DNA of 61,919 nucleotides, filler included, from Hausera hauseri (lineage: Eukaryota), in NCBI GenBank assembly GCA_046269625.1. It is 12 parts of 12 records of this genome, joined end to end, with 100 filler letters (N's around TTAATTAATTAA, not from the genome) between each part and the next. Parts side by side here need not be neighbours in the genome. Positions count along the whole stretch, not along the records: positions 1 to 5,513 come from JBJURY010238628.1; positions 5,614 to 9,567 come from JBJURY010861853.1; 10 more parts are not named here. One strand, 5' to 3'. The position numbers and the translations under genes are program-made. Positions within the stretch are counted from its first letter, which is position 1; each line of letters opens with the position of its first letter. Of the stretch, positions 1-9,667 are shown one piece after another. The notes under the pieces are model-generated. The model was not told the DNA's origin. It saw only the letters and a list, made by a program, of their open reading frames with translations, and did not search any database.

Positions 1-950
1 GACATCAGCTTCTTCGAAACACGTAGGTTGCATCGATTTTTCGAGTTCGAATCGATCATTAATCGATTTATAATGCTTTCGAATATGACATCGAATTCAT
101 ATTCATCGTATATGATTTCCTACTTGTGTACGCTATTAGATTTATCGATTTCAATGTGCTTCACCTTCAATTTCACCTCAATTGCACAATCAAAGAAGCA
201 CCGTTGAATTACATAGTGTTTTTACATAGTTTTACCATATTAGAAAACCTTGTTTTAATACACCGTGGTGCACTATGCCGCGTCAATTTCGATTTTTTTA
301 TAAATATTGAAACATGGAGAATCGAATAACTTCACTAGATTCTTTGAATACCGGACGCTTGACTAAGTTTTCGAATTCGAATAGCTAAATATTCGACTTT
401 TAAGCTCCATTTTGAATATATGATGTCATACTACAAATCGCCATATATTAATTCCTATCTGTATGTGCTATTATATTTATCTATTTCCACTTCACTGAGC
501 TTAAAATTCACATTTTGCTTAATTCGATTTATTGATTTTATATCTGTATAGTATATTTTCGTGGAACAATTTTAATGGATTTAGGGGTTTTCGGATATTG
601 GAAATTGAATGACATCATCCCAATTTTTCGGAAATTCTAAGTTCAATATTCAGGCAAAAATTTTCGAATTTCGAATATCTGACTCGATATTCGAGATCTC
701 CCTACTCGATTTCCTATCTGTACCCCTCAATGTAATATCAATTTTTGCTTGTTTAGAGCCCAAAAACCTATGGGCATTCTCCATCACCTTCACCTTCGAG
801 TGGATATTATTCAAAAACCACTCGATCGATTTAAATTCTAATTGTACAGTTGTATAGAGAATCGGTTTTGCACTCGACTGCAGCCGGAGCCATATGCTAA
901 TCAACAATATTGGAATTATCGGAAAATTGCTATTATTGATTTTTACCCAA
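1..950. repeat. Degenerate tandem-repeated non-coding sequence (unit about 260-340 bp), rich in TTCGAA/ATCGAT
   Basis: Related motif ttccta(t/c)(c/t)tgt... recurs at about 117, 452 and 711; no consistent open frame. Confidence 0.4.
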
Positions 951-999
951 TTGCACATGTGCAGGTACACTGCACAGTGTACACGTCAATGCGCCTTGA

Positions 1000-1150
1000 T
1001 GTGCACTATCGATTAGCACTTTGTGCTAATCGATTCGATCCATAGTGCAATGTGCAGCGATCGATTTGTGAAATGTGCAAAAATGTGCATAGCAAAGGTG
1101 CCTAACGGCACCGTCTCCATGCACATGTGCCGATCGATAGTATACCGGGT
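1000..1150 (-). repeat. Dispersed palindrome-rich repeat of about 140 bp, copy 1
   Basis: Reverse complement aligns with 6493-6633 (ctatcgatcggcaca.tgcatgg.gacggtgc..ttaggcacc...atcgatcgctgcaca.tgcactat). Confidence 0.75.
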
Positions 1151-1285
1151 GCACTATTGATTAGTATATGTACAGTATCGATTTATCGATACCTCCGGGG
1201 GTAATGGCGAATGCCAATTTTCCTCGTGCTTTTGTTTATAACACAAAACAACTAATTATTATGATTATTTTCATAATCACAATCA

Positions 1286-1739
1286 TTAAACGTAAGTGGT
1301 TTTGTTTAAATCACCTAAACCGGATTCTTTGCGTTAATTTCGTGTTGTTTCATTGACACAAAACAATCCCCATTGTTCCGGTGATATGACATGTAATTCG
1401 GCCTCTTCACATCGAAGAAATACGATTTATGCGATTTCCTTGCCTTTCGAAATATCATGCAATAGTCCGGATTTGTTTCCCAGCAACACCTTAATTTCAC
1501 CACGAAATTCCGAATCAATTACACCGCCAACAACCGTAGGTGCGAGCTTTGCCAGTCCGATTTTCGATATCAGTTGGCAGTAGTAACCGAATCCCAGTCG
1601 TTATGCATTTGATCATGCTGTCTGCAATTGTCGTATTGACATTAGAAAACACATCGTGGCCTGCACTGCCTGTCGTAACACGTCTCGGTACAAAGGCATT
1701 TTCGTCTGTTAAGATAATCTTTACATCATTCATTATCAT
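1286..1739 (-). pseudogene. dut: Trimeric dUTPase (frameshift at about 1560, two internal TAA)
   Basis: All five motifs recovered by manual translation: GSAGHDV, ENR(S)GLA, GGVIDSEFRGEIKV, EIA*IVF (IAQ), RKESGLG. Confidence 0.92.
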
Positions 1740-1824
1740 TATTCTTATACGAATATTAAAATTACACATATCTATACTCATTAATTGAGTTCAAAAAAGA
1801 GAAACAGTAAAACAACAACAACAT

Positions 1825-2444
1825 TTATTGATAATTAAAATGTGCCTTGGCTATACGCCAAATCGGGCTTTTGACACCGTCTTTTTCGCTATATCCTTGC
1901 AATTCAATGTTCAGTTTACACTTTAAATCATCATCAAGCACATTAGACATTTCTCGACTGATAAAATCAAACAATTTAGTTTCTACGACTGGTAAAATGG
2001 CAGATTGCTGTTGTAAGGCCGTTTCGTTCAACGTTAAATCCGTATTTAATTGATGCAAACATCAGTGAGTTTATCAGAATTTTCACCCGACAGCCGTTTT
2101 ACACGATAACTGTACGTGGTTGCCTTCAACGACACCGGATCATTCAACGAAACCTGTACGGGTGTCTATAGAAACTGCATTTTATACTTTCGAAAAAATC
2201 GTTTCGGTAAAAATGTCGGTGTTTGACGAGCCAACGGCTATCATTTTCGTTTGCGTATTCCACTACCAGTCATTCCTACTTGCCGTTTTAGCAACGGTTT
2301 TGCTACTGATTGTTGGACAAGTTCTGTTTTCGGTTCCCGAAGTTCGACATTGTCCTTCTTGCCACTAAACAACCATGACCAATCTGAACTCTCATCTTTT
2401 TCATTGTCACCATTGAATAGTATCGTTTTACTGTCGTCTTCCAT
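1825..2444 (-). pseudogene. Polinton hypothetical protein (probably frameshifted); C-terminus possibly OB-fold/SSB-like
   Basis: ORFs 2241-2519 and 1825-2058; C-terminus CKLNIELQGYSEKDGVKSPIWRI resembles the C-terminus of 14606-14983. Confidence 0.4.
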
Positions 2445-2519
2445 AATAGTAGTAATGTCTGAACGAACGTGAGAGTGGTATTTATAGTTCGTTGTGCACA
2501 GTACATTATTTTGTTTCAC

Positions 2520-2986
2520 TAAAACATTTACGTGGTTTTTAATTTTATTAACAGTCGTTTCATAGTACGTTGTCGAAATACCGAGTATGACAATTTTCCA
2601 CTGCTAAACACATTAACACAAAGTGGCCGAAACAGTGTTAATTTCAATGCGGGAAATAGTTCGGGCTCATAAATACATTCGGTAGCCATTGCTAATTTGT
2701 AGAGATTGATTGACTGATGGAAATCTAACTGAGTCGTTAACGTTATTGATTAAATTTGGTCAATGACAATTCTGAATGGTAGTTACTTACTGTTTTTAGT
2801 TGTGATTGGTTTACGACAACCCATAATGCGGCACTTGCCCGATTGGTGCATGATGTACGTAAAATCCGTTGGACATTTGTGGGCATACTGCCTCGGCTTT
2901 CAATGATTAAATGGTAAATAGTCAATACACTCGGTAACATTTCCTAAGTGGTTAATATTGGTTAACATTATGGAAACAATGTTCAT
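2520..2986 (-). pseudogene. TATA-binding-protein (TBP)-like protein, both core repeats; 3 stops and 1 frameshift
   Basis: Manual translation: MLTNINHLG...KPRQ...YIMHQSGKCRIMGCRK...DQI*SITLT...INLYKL...IYEPELFPALKLTLFRPLCVNVFSSGK/IVILG; matches TBP YEPELFPGL...LIFVSGKVVLTG. Confidence 0.88.
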
Positions 2987-3060
2987 ACTGTAGAAAAATT
3001 TATATGTATATAGCGTGAATATAAACAAAAACATGTGACGAAATGTGTCATATTATTAAG

Positions 3061-3705
3061 ATGAAGCTGCAGAATAATGCAATTTTCCAGATTGTGGGTC
3101 CCAGTGGAAGTGGTAAAACACACTTTGTTTGTAAACGATTGCAAAACTACACTGATGTGTTTCATTCGCCGCGGTTCAATCACATTGACTGGCATCAGGG
3201 TTCCGGTGGTAGTGATGGAGAGTCCGGTCTGACACATCAGAAATTTTGTAAATTAAAATCGATAACGGTAATAGATAGGTTTGATGAGAACTGGTTCGGA
3301 CAATTACACAACGGTGACGTTATTATCATTGACGATTTATTCCAGGAAACCGCGAAATAAACCGACTTCAACAACCTGTTTACGAAGATTAAACGACATC
3401 GTGGTGTGACTGTTATTTTCATTACCCAAAACATGTTCCATCAGGGTGGACAGCATCGAACGCGAAATCTAAACGTACACTATTTGATGTTGTTCAAAAA
3501 TCCTCGTGATCAGACTATCATAGATTATGTTGTACGACAAGCATTTCCTCATAACCGCACCTACTTAATCGACACATACCATGATGCTACGAGCAAGCCA
3601 TGCGGATGTCTGTTTATTGACTTTACACAACAATGTCCAGATGAAATGCGTGTACAAACAGATATTTTCAATCAGAAAGGTGTGTATAACCATAAACAAA
3701 TTTGA
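3061..3705 (+). pseudogene. A32/FtsK-like genome-packaging ATPase (in-frame TAA at 3358-3360)
   Basis: Walker A GPSGSGKT, Walker B VIIIDD, RHRGVTVIFITQN, LFKNPRDQ; ORFs 3043-3360 and 3406-3705 share one frame. Confidence 0.93.
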
Positions 3706-3899
3706 AAATCAACATGATAGTAGTAGTGAAAAATGAAGAATTTCCGAAAAATAATTGTTAAACGTAAACCTACCAAACGGGTGTCCAAAAAGAAACGTGC
3801 ATAAACAGCAGCTGCAAAATGTGAGACTATTGTTAAGCGATTAATCAATTCAGAGCTTCGAACAACAACAGCAGCAGCAGAAATCAATTTGCCGTCAAA

Positions 3900-4239
3900 A
3901 TGGCAACAATTTTAAACAACTACGTCGACGCATCAACATTCACTGATGAAACATGCGTTTCAAACGTAGTAAACCGTACTTTACGATCATTCCCGCAATT
4001 TGTAGTAAACGATTTAATTGAACTTTTGTACAATATCGTTGTGGGTCACGTTAACATTGGTAGCGAAAGCGGAATGTACTAAAGTATCGAAAACGACTCA
4101 TTGGCTTGCTAACGCTCGTAATAAACGACTGAAACGCGATGTCATGTACCAGCAAGACGGCGGATTCCTTGACATAATTCTACCGGTTGTCATGTCATTA
4201 CTGGCCGGTATCATCGGTGACAACAGCAACTGCATATAG
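3900..4239 (+). pseudogene. Polinton virion core protein with C-terminal GG|F amphipathic peptide (frameshifted)
   Basis: YQQDGGFLDIILPVVMSLLAGIIG: xGG|F adenain-type site followed by an amphipathic helix; lies between ATPase and integrase. Confidence 0.6.
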
Positions 4240-4340
4240 TATAAACAAGGAATGTAATTAAGGTGGTATGGGTGCACGATTTTTATAATTTTGTCCCATT
4301 TTATCGAATCTTTCATTCACTTTCCGTTCTAATTGTTGTA

Positions 4341-5405
4341 ATGCAAACAAAAAAGACATCGACAACACCGACAACGATGGAGTATGGTTCGATTTGCGTC
4401 ATCCTGTCGGGTATACAGGCGTCGACAAAGTGAGAGTCAACGACAATCCAAACTGTGGCTCGGAAACAGTTGGCATGCAGCCTGAACAAATCGATAAGAA
4501 AACGATTTCCAACTCGTGCATACCGTGCTGCAGGCGTAAATAATATATGGCAAATGGATCTAATGGAAATTATTCCGTACGCTAGCATTAACGATGGATA
4601 TCGGTACGTGCTGATGTGTATTGATGTGTTTAGTCGTTTTGAACGTGCAGTTGCCGTCAAATCAAAATCCGGTAAAGAAATTGCCGACTTTGTTCACACA
4701 TTAATAAACCAACAACGGAAACAACCAACGCCGAGGCACGTACAAACGAATTTGGGTAAAGAATTCTACAACTCTCATGTCGCATCGGTCCTGAACTGGT
4801 TCGACGTAAACCACTATTCTGTGTTTTCTCAATACAAAAATGCACTCGTTGAATGATCCAATCGAACGCTGCGCAGTCGCCTGTACGAATTCTTTACGAA
4901 GCTAGGCAATAAACGCTGAGTAGATGTACTGCCGGATATTATTCATGCGTACAATCATTCGACACATAGCGACATCAACAGATTACGACCGGTTTATGTA
5001 ACTGATGATTTGGACATGTGGCTTTATCAAAACAGAACACAACGACAACAAGCAACACTTAAGCGTCATTCAAAATATAAAATTGATGATTAGGTTCATA
5101 TTTCAAAGCTGAGTACTACACCATTCATCAAGAATTTCAATCAGAACTGGAGCGATGAGGTTTTTCTTATTTCTGCAATCAACAAAAAGCAAGTACCTGT
5201 TATGTACGTTTTAGAAAATGACAACAATGAGGAAATACGTGGTAAATTCTATGAACAGGTACTGTAAGTGTTTCCTGAGAAACCCGATATATATAGTATT
5301 CAGGAAATTATACGTTCACGAGGCAAAGGTTCGAATAAACAATATCTCGTCAAGTTGCAAGGATACATTACACCAAGTTGGATATTTTCATCGCAAATTG
5401 AATGA
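4341..5405 (+). pseudogene. Polinton rve (retroviral-like) integrase with C-terminal chromodomain
   Basis: WQMDLM, CIDVFSRF, QT(N)LGKEFYN, VE*SNRTL, AYNHSTH, NWSDEVF, GKFYEQ, YLVK.QGY..PSWI; several stops. Confidence 0.93.
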
Positions 5406-5513
5406 GCGTTTATTTAGTACTTGACAGCAATAGGTCATTATAACAGTATGACAACAACAACAATAATACGACTGAACGGTTTGTCATATACTTGGACCAT
5501 CCGCTTGATTTAC
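5402..5513 (+). pseudogene. Start of penton-like minor capsid gene (cut by contig end)
   Basis: ATGA overlap with the integrase stop; MSVYLVLDSNRS matches 36250 (MMSIYLVLDSNRS). Confidence 0.7.
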
Positions 5514-5613
5514 NNNNNNNNNNNNNNNNNNNNNNNNNNNNNNNNNNNNNNNNNNNNTTAATTAATTAANNNNNNNNNNNNNNNNNNNNNNNNNNNNNNN
5601 NNNNNNNNNNNNN
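5514..5613. other. Artificial contig-joining spacer (44 N + TTAATTAATTAA + 44 N); the same spacer is at 9568-9667, 13611-13710, 19758-19857, 24662-24761, 29220-29319, 33720-33819, 37862-37961, 42980-43079, 47700-47799 and 56431-56530
   Basis: 11 identical 100-nt blocks; the 12-mer gives stop codons in all six frames; genes are cut off at the spacers. Confidence 0.98.
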
Positions 5614-5744
5614 GTATACATTAGGTTTTATATTTTTACACCAGCGAGAATCAATGGAAAAAATTTAATGTATTACATGCATCCAAAAGCAATAGAAAGA
5701 AATGTATCTTTTTAGAGTAAAAAATCATCAAAAATGCACAATTC

Positions 5745-5769
5745 GTCTATACTTTTGACTACGACTGTA
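5745..5769. mobile_element. Tc1-like terminal inverted repeat followed by TA
   Basis: Reverse complement TA|CAGTCGTAGTCAAAAGTATAGAC resembles Tc1-type TIRs; partner TIR is not in the contig. Confidence 0.45.
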
Positions 5770-6492
5770 AATATATTTAAGTTTGTGAATTGAAACGCAG
5801 AATTGTACTATTATCCTTTATTTGGTGTCAATATATTTTCAAGATGTATTCGGTTTCACACAGACCTAATAGATTTTGAGAAAGCGTGCATTTCTGCCGT
5901 TCTTATTGCTTTTACCCTGATAGAGGTCAAGGGATGCTGTTGATTGTTATAAATATATACCTACAATCTCGCCATTAAGCAAAATCTTCTGCATTTCGTT
6001 ATATCTTCCTCATTATTATCATAACTTAGCATGTTACACATTTTCATTTATTTTACTTCAAATTGATTGTTACAAATTTAGATTTGAAATATTTCTCAAA
6101 TTTTAAATGATGGAAAAAATCAAATTCATGAAAATATCAGAAACGTTGACTTTATTCAGTGACAGTAACGTTTATTATGCTTCGGTGTGCCATTACACAA
6201 CTCCTGAAATACAACAATAATATTCTGAGTTAAAAATAATTTATTATGTAGGTAAGGACTGTCGGTTTTGAACATTCAACTATGTCTACAGATTTTTACA
6301 TGCATGTACTGCGTGAAAATCGAATTACTGCTGTTAGAAGTGTTTTAGTACTTAACTATTTGATTTTAAGGTTCATTTTACCTTACTGTAGTCAAACTTT
6401 CCTTAAGGGATAGTGAAAAAATATGATTAGATTATAAAACAACAATAATATATCGACACAAATACAATCATATCACTAGACTTAAGTAGGAG

Positions 6493-6633
6493 GTGCACTA
6501 TCGATCGGCACATATGCATGGTGACGGTGCATTTAGGCACCGTTACCCTGTTACTTTTGCACTTTGCACATCGATCGCTGCACAGTGCACTATTTATCAA
6601 ACCGATCGGGGTAAAGTACTAATCGATAGGTGC
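6493..6633 (+). repeat. Dispersed palindrome-rich repeat of about 140 bp, copy 2
   Basis: Matches reverse complement of 1000-1150. Confidence 0.75.
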
Positions 6634-7139
6634 TCCGGTTCATTTAGAAATTAAACACATTCTATTTTCCCCTTGCATATTTCATCTGTCATTCTCTTAA
6701 TTTCAGCTTCTAAATCTATTTTGTAATTCTAAGTATATAAATAATTTAGGAGAACATATTTAAAAAACATACATTGGTTTATTTGTTGAAACGACGTCGT
6801 GCTATTTGCACACCTATATTTCTATCCAACCACCAATATTAAACCAAAATTTAAAAAAAATTTTTACGCGCCAAATTCAAAATTTTAAACCACATCGAAT
6901 CCATAAAATATGCCTGATTGTGTGTGTCAATAAACTGCTTGAGTGTCTCTTATCACCGCCCTACTAATCGTGTGTGAGTGTATCGTTTTTTCTAACCAAT
7001 GACTCATCCCTAACCACATTTTTCCTTCTTTCTCTGTGGGGGCGGGGGTTGACTCCATGTGTTTACATGTGTCTACTAATGCAGATAGGAAGATTGGTAT
7101 TTACGTCAGTGTTTATTGGTCAGATATGAACAAAGTTAG

Positions 7140-8226
7140 TCAGTGCGGTCGCCTTTGGCCTCCATTATGGCGGAAAGCTGCTGCCAGATCGTCTTTGTCG
7201 ATCTTCCTGAATTTCCGCTTGATGGAGCTCTTGAACGCGGCGACAATGGCTTTACAAGTTACGCTTACCTTCGAATGAACGACGCCCCACATGAAATGGT
7301 CAAAAACATTCAGGTTCGGAGAGTTGGAGGGCCAGATGCTTGACTTTAAGAAGAAGGGAATTTTCTCGGCCAGGAAGGCTTGCATCAACTTGGACTCATG
7401 GCAGAGCACAGAGTCCTGAACAAACACGACGTTGTTGAGTCCAAACTTCTTCTCCATCTAGCGAATGAGAGCTGCCTCCAGGATCGAGATATATGCCATC
7501 GTGTTTACCTTTAGGTTTGCCTCAGTGAAAGGGGTAACATCACACTTCCATAAAAGTGGCAGGATTCTCGGTGTGGAACACAGGAGGGATCTCAGGAGAG
7601 TCAATTGCGATGACGCGTGTGTTCTGGCGGTTCACCTCGGCGTCGACAATGAATTTCTTCTAGTTGACAAATACAACGACTTTTAAAGCTCCTTTGTGCT
7701 TCAGGGATGACAGGAGTTTGGGACACCTCTCCTCACGTATAGTCTTCGCATTGGCTGTGAGAACGGGTCGCTTATATCGCACATAGAACTTCATGCACAG
7801 GTCATATTTCACTGTTTTTGCGATGGTCGAGACAGACGCACACCTGTTCTTGGCGAACATCGTCATTGGTGTCAATGGGTTGGCTGCTATCGACATTTTA
7901 AGACTAACACAAACTTGAGAGTTCGTTTGGCATCGACTGAAAGCTTGTGCTACTTGCGCTCGACCTTTCCAATTTCTCTAAAGGCCTTGTACAAGTCGTA
8001 AACAGCTTAGGAGGGAGTTTCATCAGTCTGATGATCTCTGTAGTCAGTGGCCGCGCAGGCTAAAACAACAATAGTGGATCGATGTACCTGTTCCATGAAA
8101 ACGAGTGAACCAATTGAAGAATGTGATAAAGTTTCTGAAAGTAGAAAGACATATGGTTAAACACAAAAAATATTTGGCATAGAATTTAATTCATAAAGTT
8201 CTTCCGGATTTATCTGCGAAGTCCTG
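7140..8226 (-). mobile_element. Degenerate Tc1/mariner-superfamily transposon (maT/DD37D-like transposase)
   Basis: VFVQDSVLCH (QDxAPxH), WPSNSPNLNVFDHFMWG (WPPxSPDLNPxDY); 5' end TA|CAGGACTTCGC at 8228-8216. Confidence 0.8.
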
Positions 8227-8228
8227 TA

Positions 8229-8938
8229 TGAACGGGTTGTTAGTGATGCGGGTGTCGCTCTGATAAATGAACGACATACCAAACTTTCCACGGGAACATT
8301 CCAAGATGGCGCACTACAATGTTGGTTGACGTGTTAGAGTCATCAATGGAACTTTGCAGTATTTCTTCCTCATCCCGACCCGTATACCTGCGTGGGCTGC
8401 CAGTATCAATTTGTCTTCTTTACACGTTTCCAGTTTCAGATATTAGACGCTAGGTAGGTCCAAAGACACTTACATTGGGAATTTGGCGATCAGGGAAACA
8501 ACCTGAATATTCTCTCTGAGCCTTGGTGGCGTTGCCGTCACAAAGCCCGTAGCAATACATGATATCAGCGTATTCCGGATTAGATATGCAGCCATATTCC
8601 TAAAAGAAATAAACAGAGTAAGTAGAAACTAACTATCATCAAAAACGACCAGTCGGGAAGTGTTTGGTATTTTTCTAATTCTAATTTGGTATATCAGGAC
8701 TCAATTAGTTCGGTAAAACTCTAGAAGGGAAAAGTTCCACGTGTGGCCGAAACTATGAGGGCGGCATTCATCTGAAGGGTCACCAAGACAGATGTGAGAA
8801 ATCGGATTCGATTCTGAATAAGAAACCTTGGTAGCCATATTGAGGAAGATTGTTAATAATAAATGAATTTGTACGAATTTGTTATTGTTTTATTTATTTT
8901 CCCAAAACTATAGTTTTGTTAATTATTTAGTACACCCT
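8229..8938 (-). mobile_element. 5' part of a DUF4817-HTH Tc1/mariner-like transposon
   Basis: Not in ORF track: NPEYADIMYCYGLCDGNATKAQREYSGCFPDRQIPN...ETG...DEEEIL...NTST..VRHLG...KVW; AGGGTGT-type end near 8938. Confidence 0.75.
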
Positions 8939-9667
8939 ACTTGATACTATTTGTAGTTAGCTGCCTTAATTATTTTAAGTGCTTGTATTGACATTCATAC
9001 CTTTCGGAATAGCTGACAAGATGGCGATTTTATTCTAATAATTTATACATTAGGAGTAGTAATTATTTGAGCTAGGTAGTGTTTTTATCTCCTAAAGGTG
9101 CAATTTAACTTAAATAAAACATTCGATCAACGAATTTTTTTAAATGTTTGGTATTTTACGAATTCTACTTAATAACAGAGATACATAATGGTGTGAGCTA
9201 CTATATTTTTTTAATTTAACCCATGCAAAAAGCTTTTTAAATTTTGCTTTAAATGGTTAATTCTCGGGTTTTTCGACAAATACCTAAAAATTGAAATTTC
9301 TCGAAAATTACTGGATTTCGGTAGAGCATTTTATGGTTTAATTTGTTGTATTTTAACCCTACTATAACGTCCTGCAAGGAATACGTCGAGTTGTCACTAA
9401 CCCTGTATAAACTGCCGTCATCCGAAACAACCAACCAAAAACTCAGGTCAGAGATTTTACGACATTGTTCTATAACTTAAAGATTTGCAGCAACGATCTT
9501 GGTGACAATTGCCAGAGGTATCCTTGTCTATTTTAACGTTAGTTATTATTATTTGTTGACCCAGTAGNNNNNNNNNNNNNNNNNNNNNNNNNNNNNNNNN
9601 NNNNNNNNNNNTTAATTAATTAANNNNNNNNNNNNNNNNNNNNNNNNNNNNNNNNNNNNNNNNNNNN

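Larger units (their letters stand above)
1190..5513. mobile_element. Decayed Polinton/Maverick (adintovirus-like) fragment, contig A
   Basis: A32-like ATPase, GG|F amphipathic peptide gene, rve integrase with chromodomain and start of a penton-like gene in compact order; divergent accessory genes on the minus strand. Confidence 0.92.

Noticed and set aside
1-970. Short ORFs or a repeated protein domain at the window start
   Set aside because: Stops recur within the repeat units and no frame is maintained; looks like non-coding repeat DNA.
1286-5405. TAA/TAG-to-Gln recoding (stops fall at conserved Gln positions in dUTPase, TBP and integrase)
   Set aside because: The same genes also have frameshifts and TGA stops, the second integrase copy has CAA/TAC at those sites, and TAA is used as a real terminator. 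C-to-T decay explains it.
5558-5569. Recurrent TTAATTAATTAA as a biological repeat or CRISPR-like array
   Set aside because: Always centred in 88 Ns; a standard six-frame-stop assembly linker. ORFs containing X runs are artefacts.
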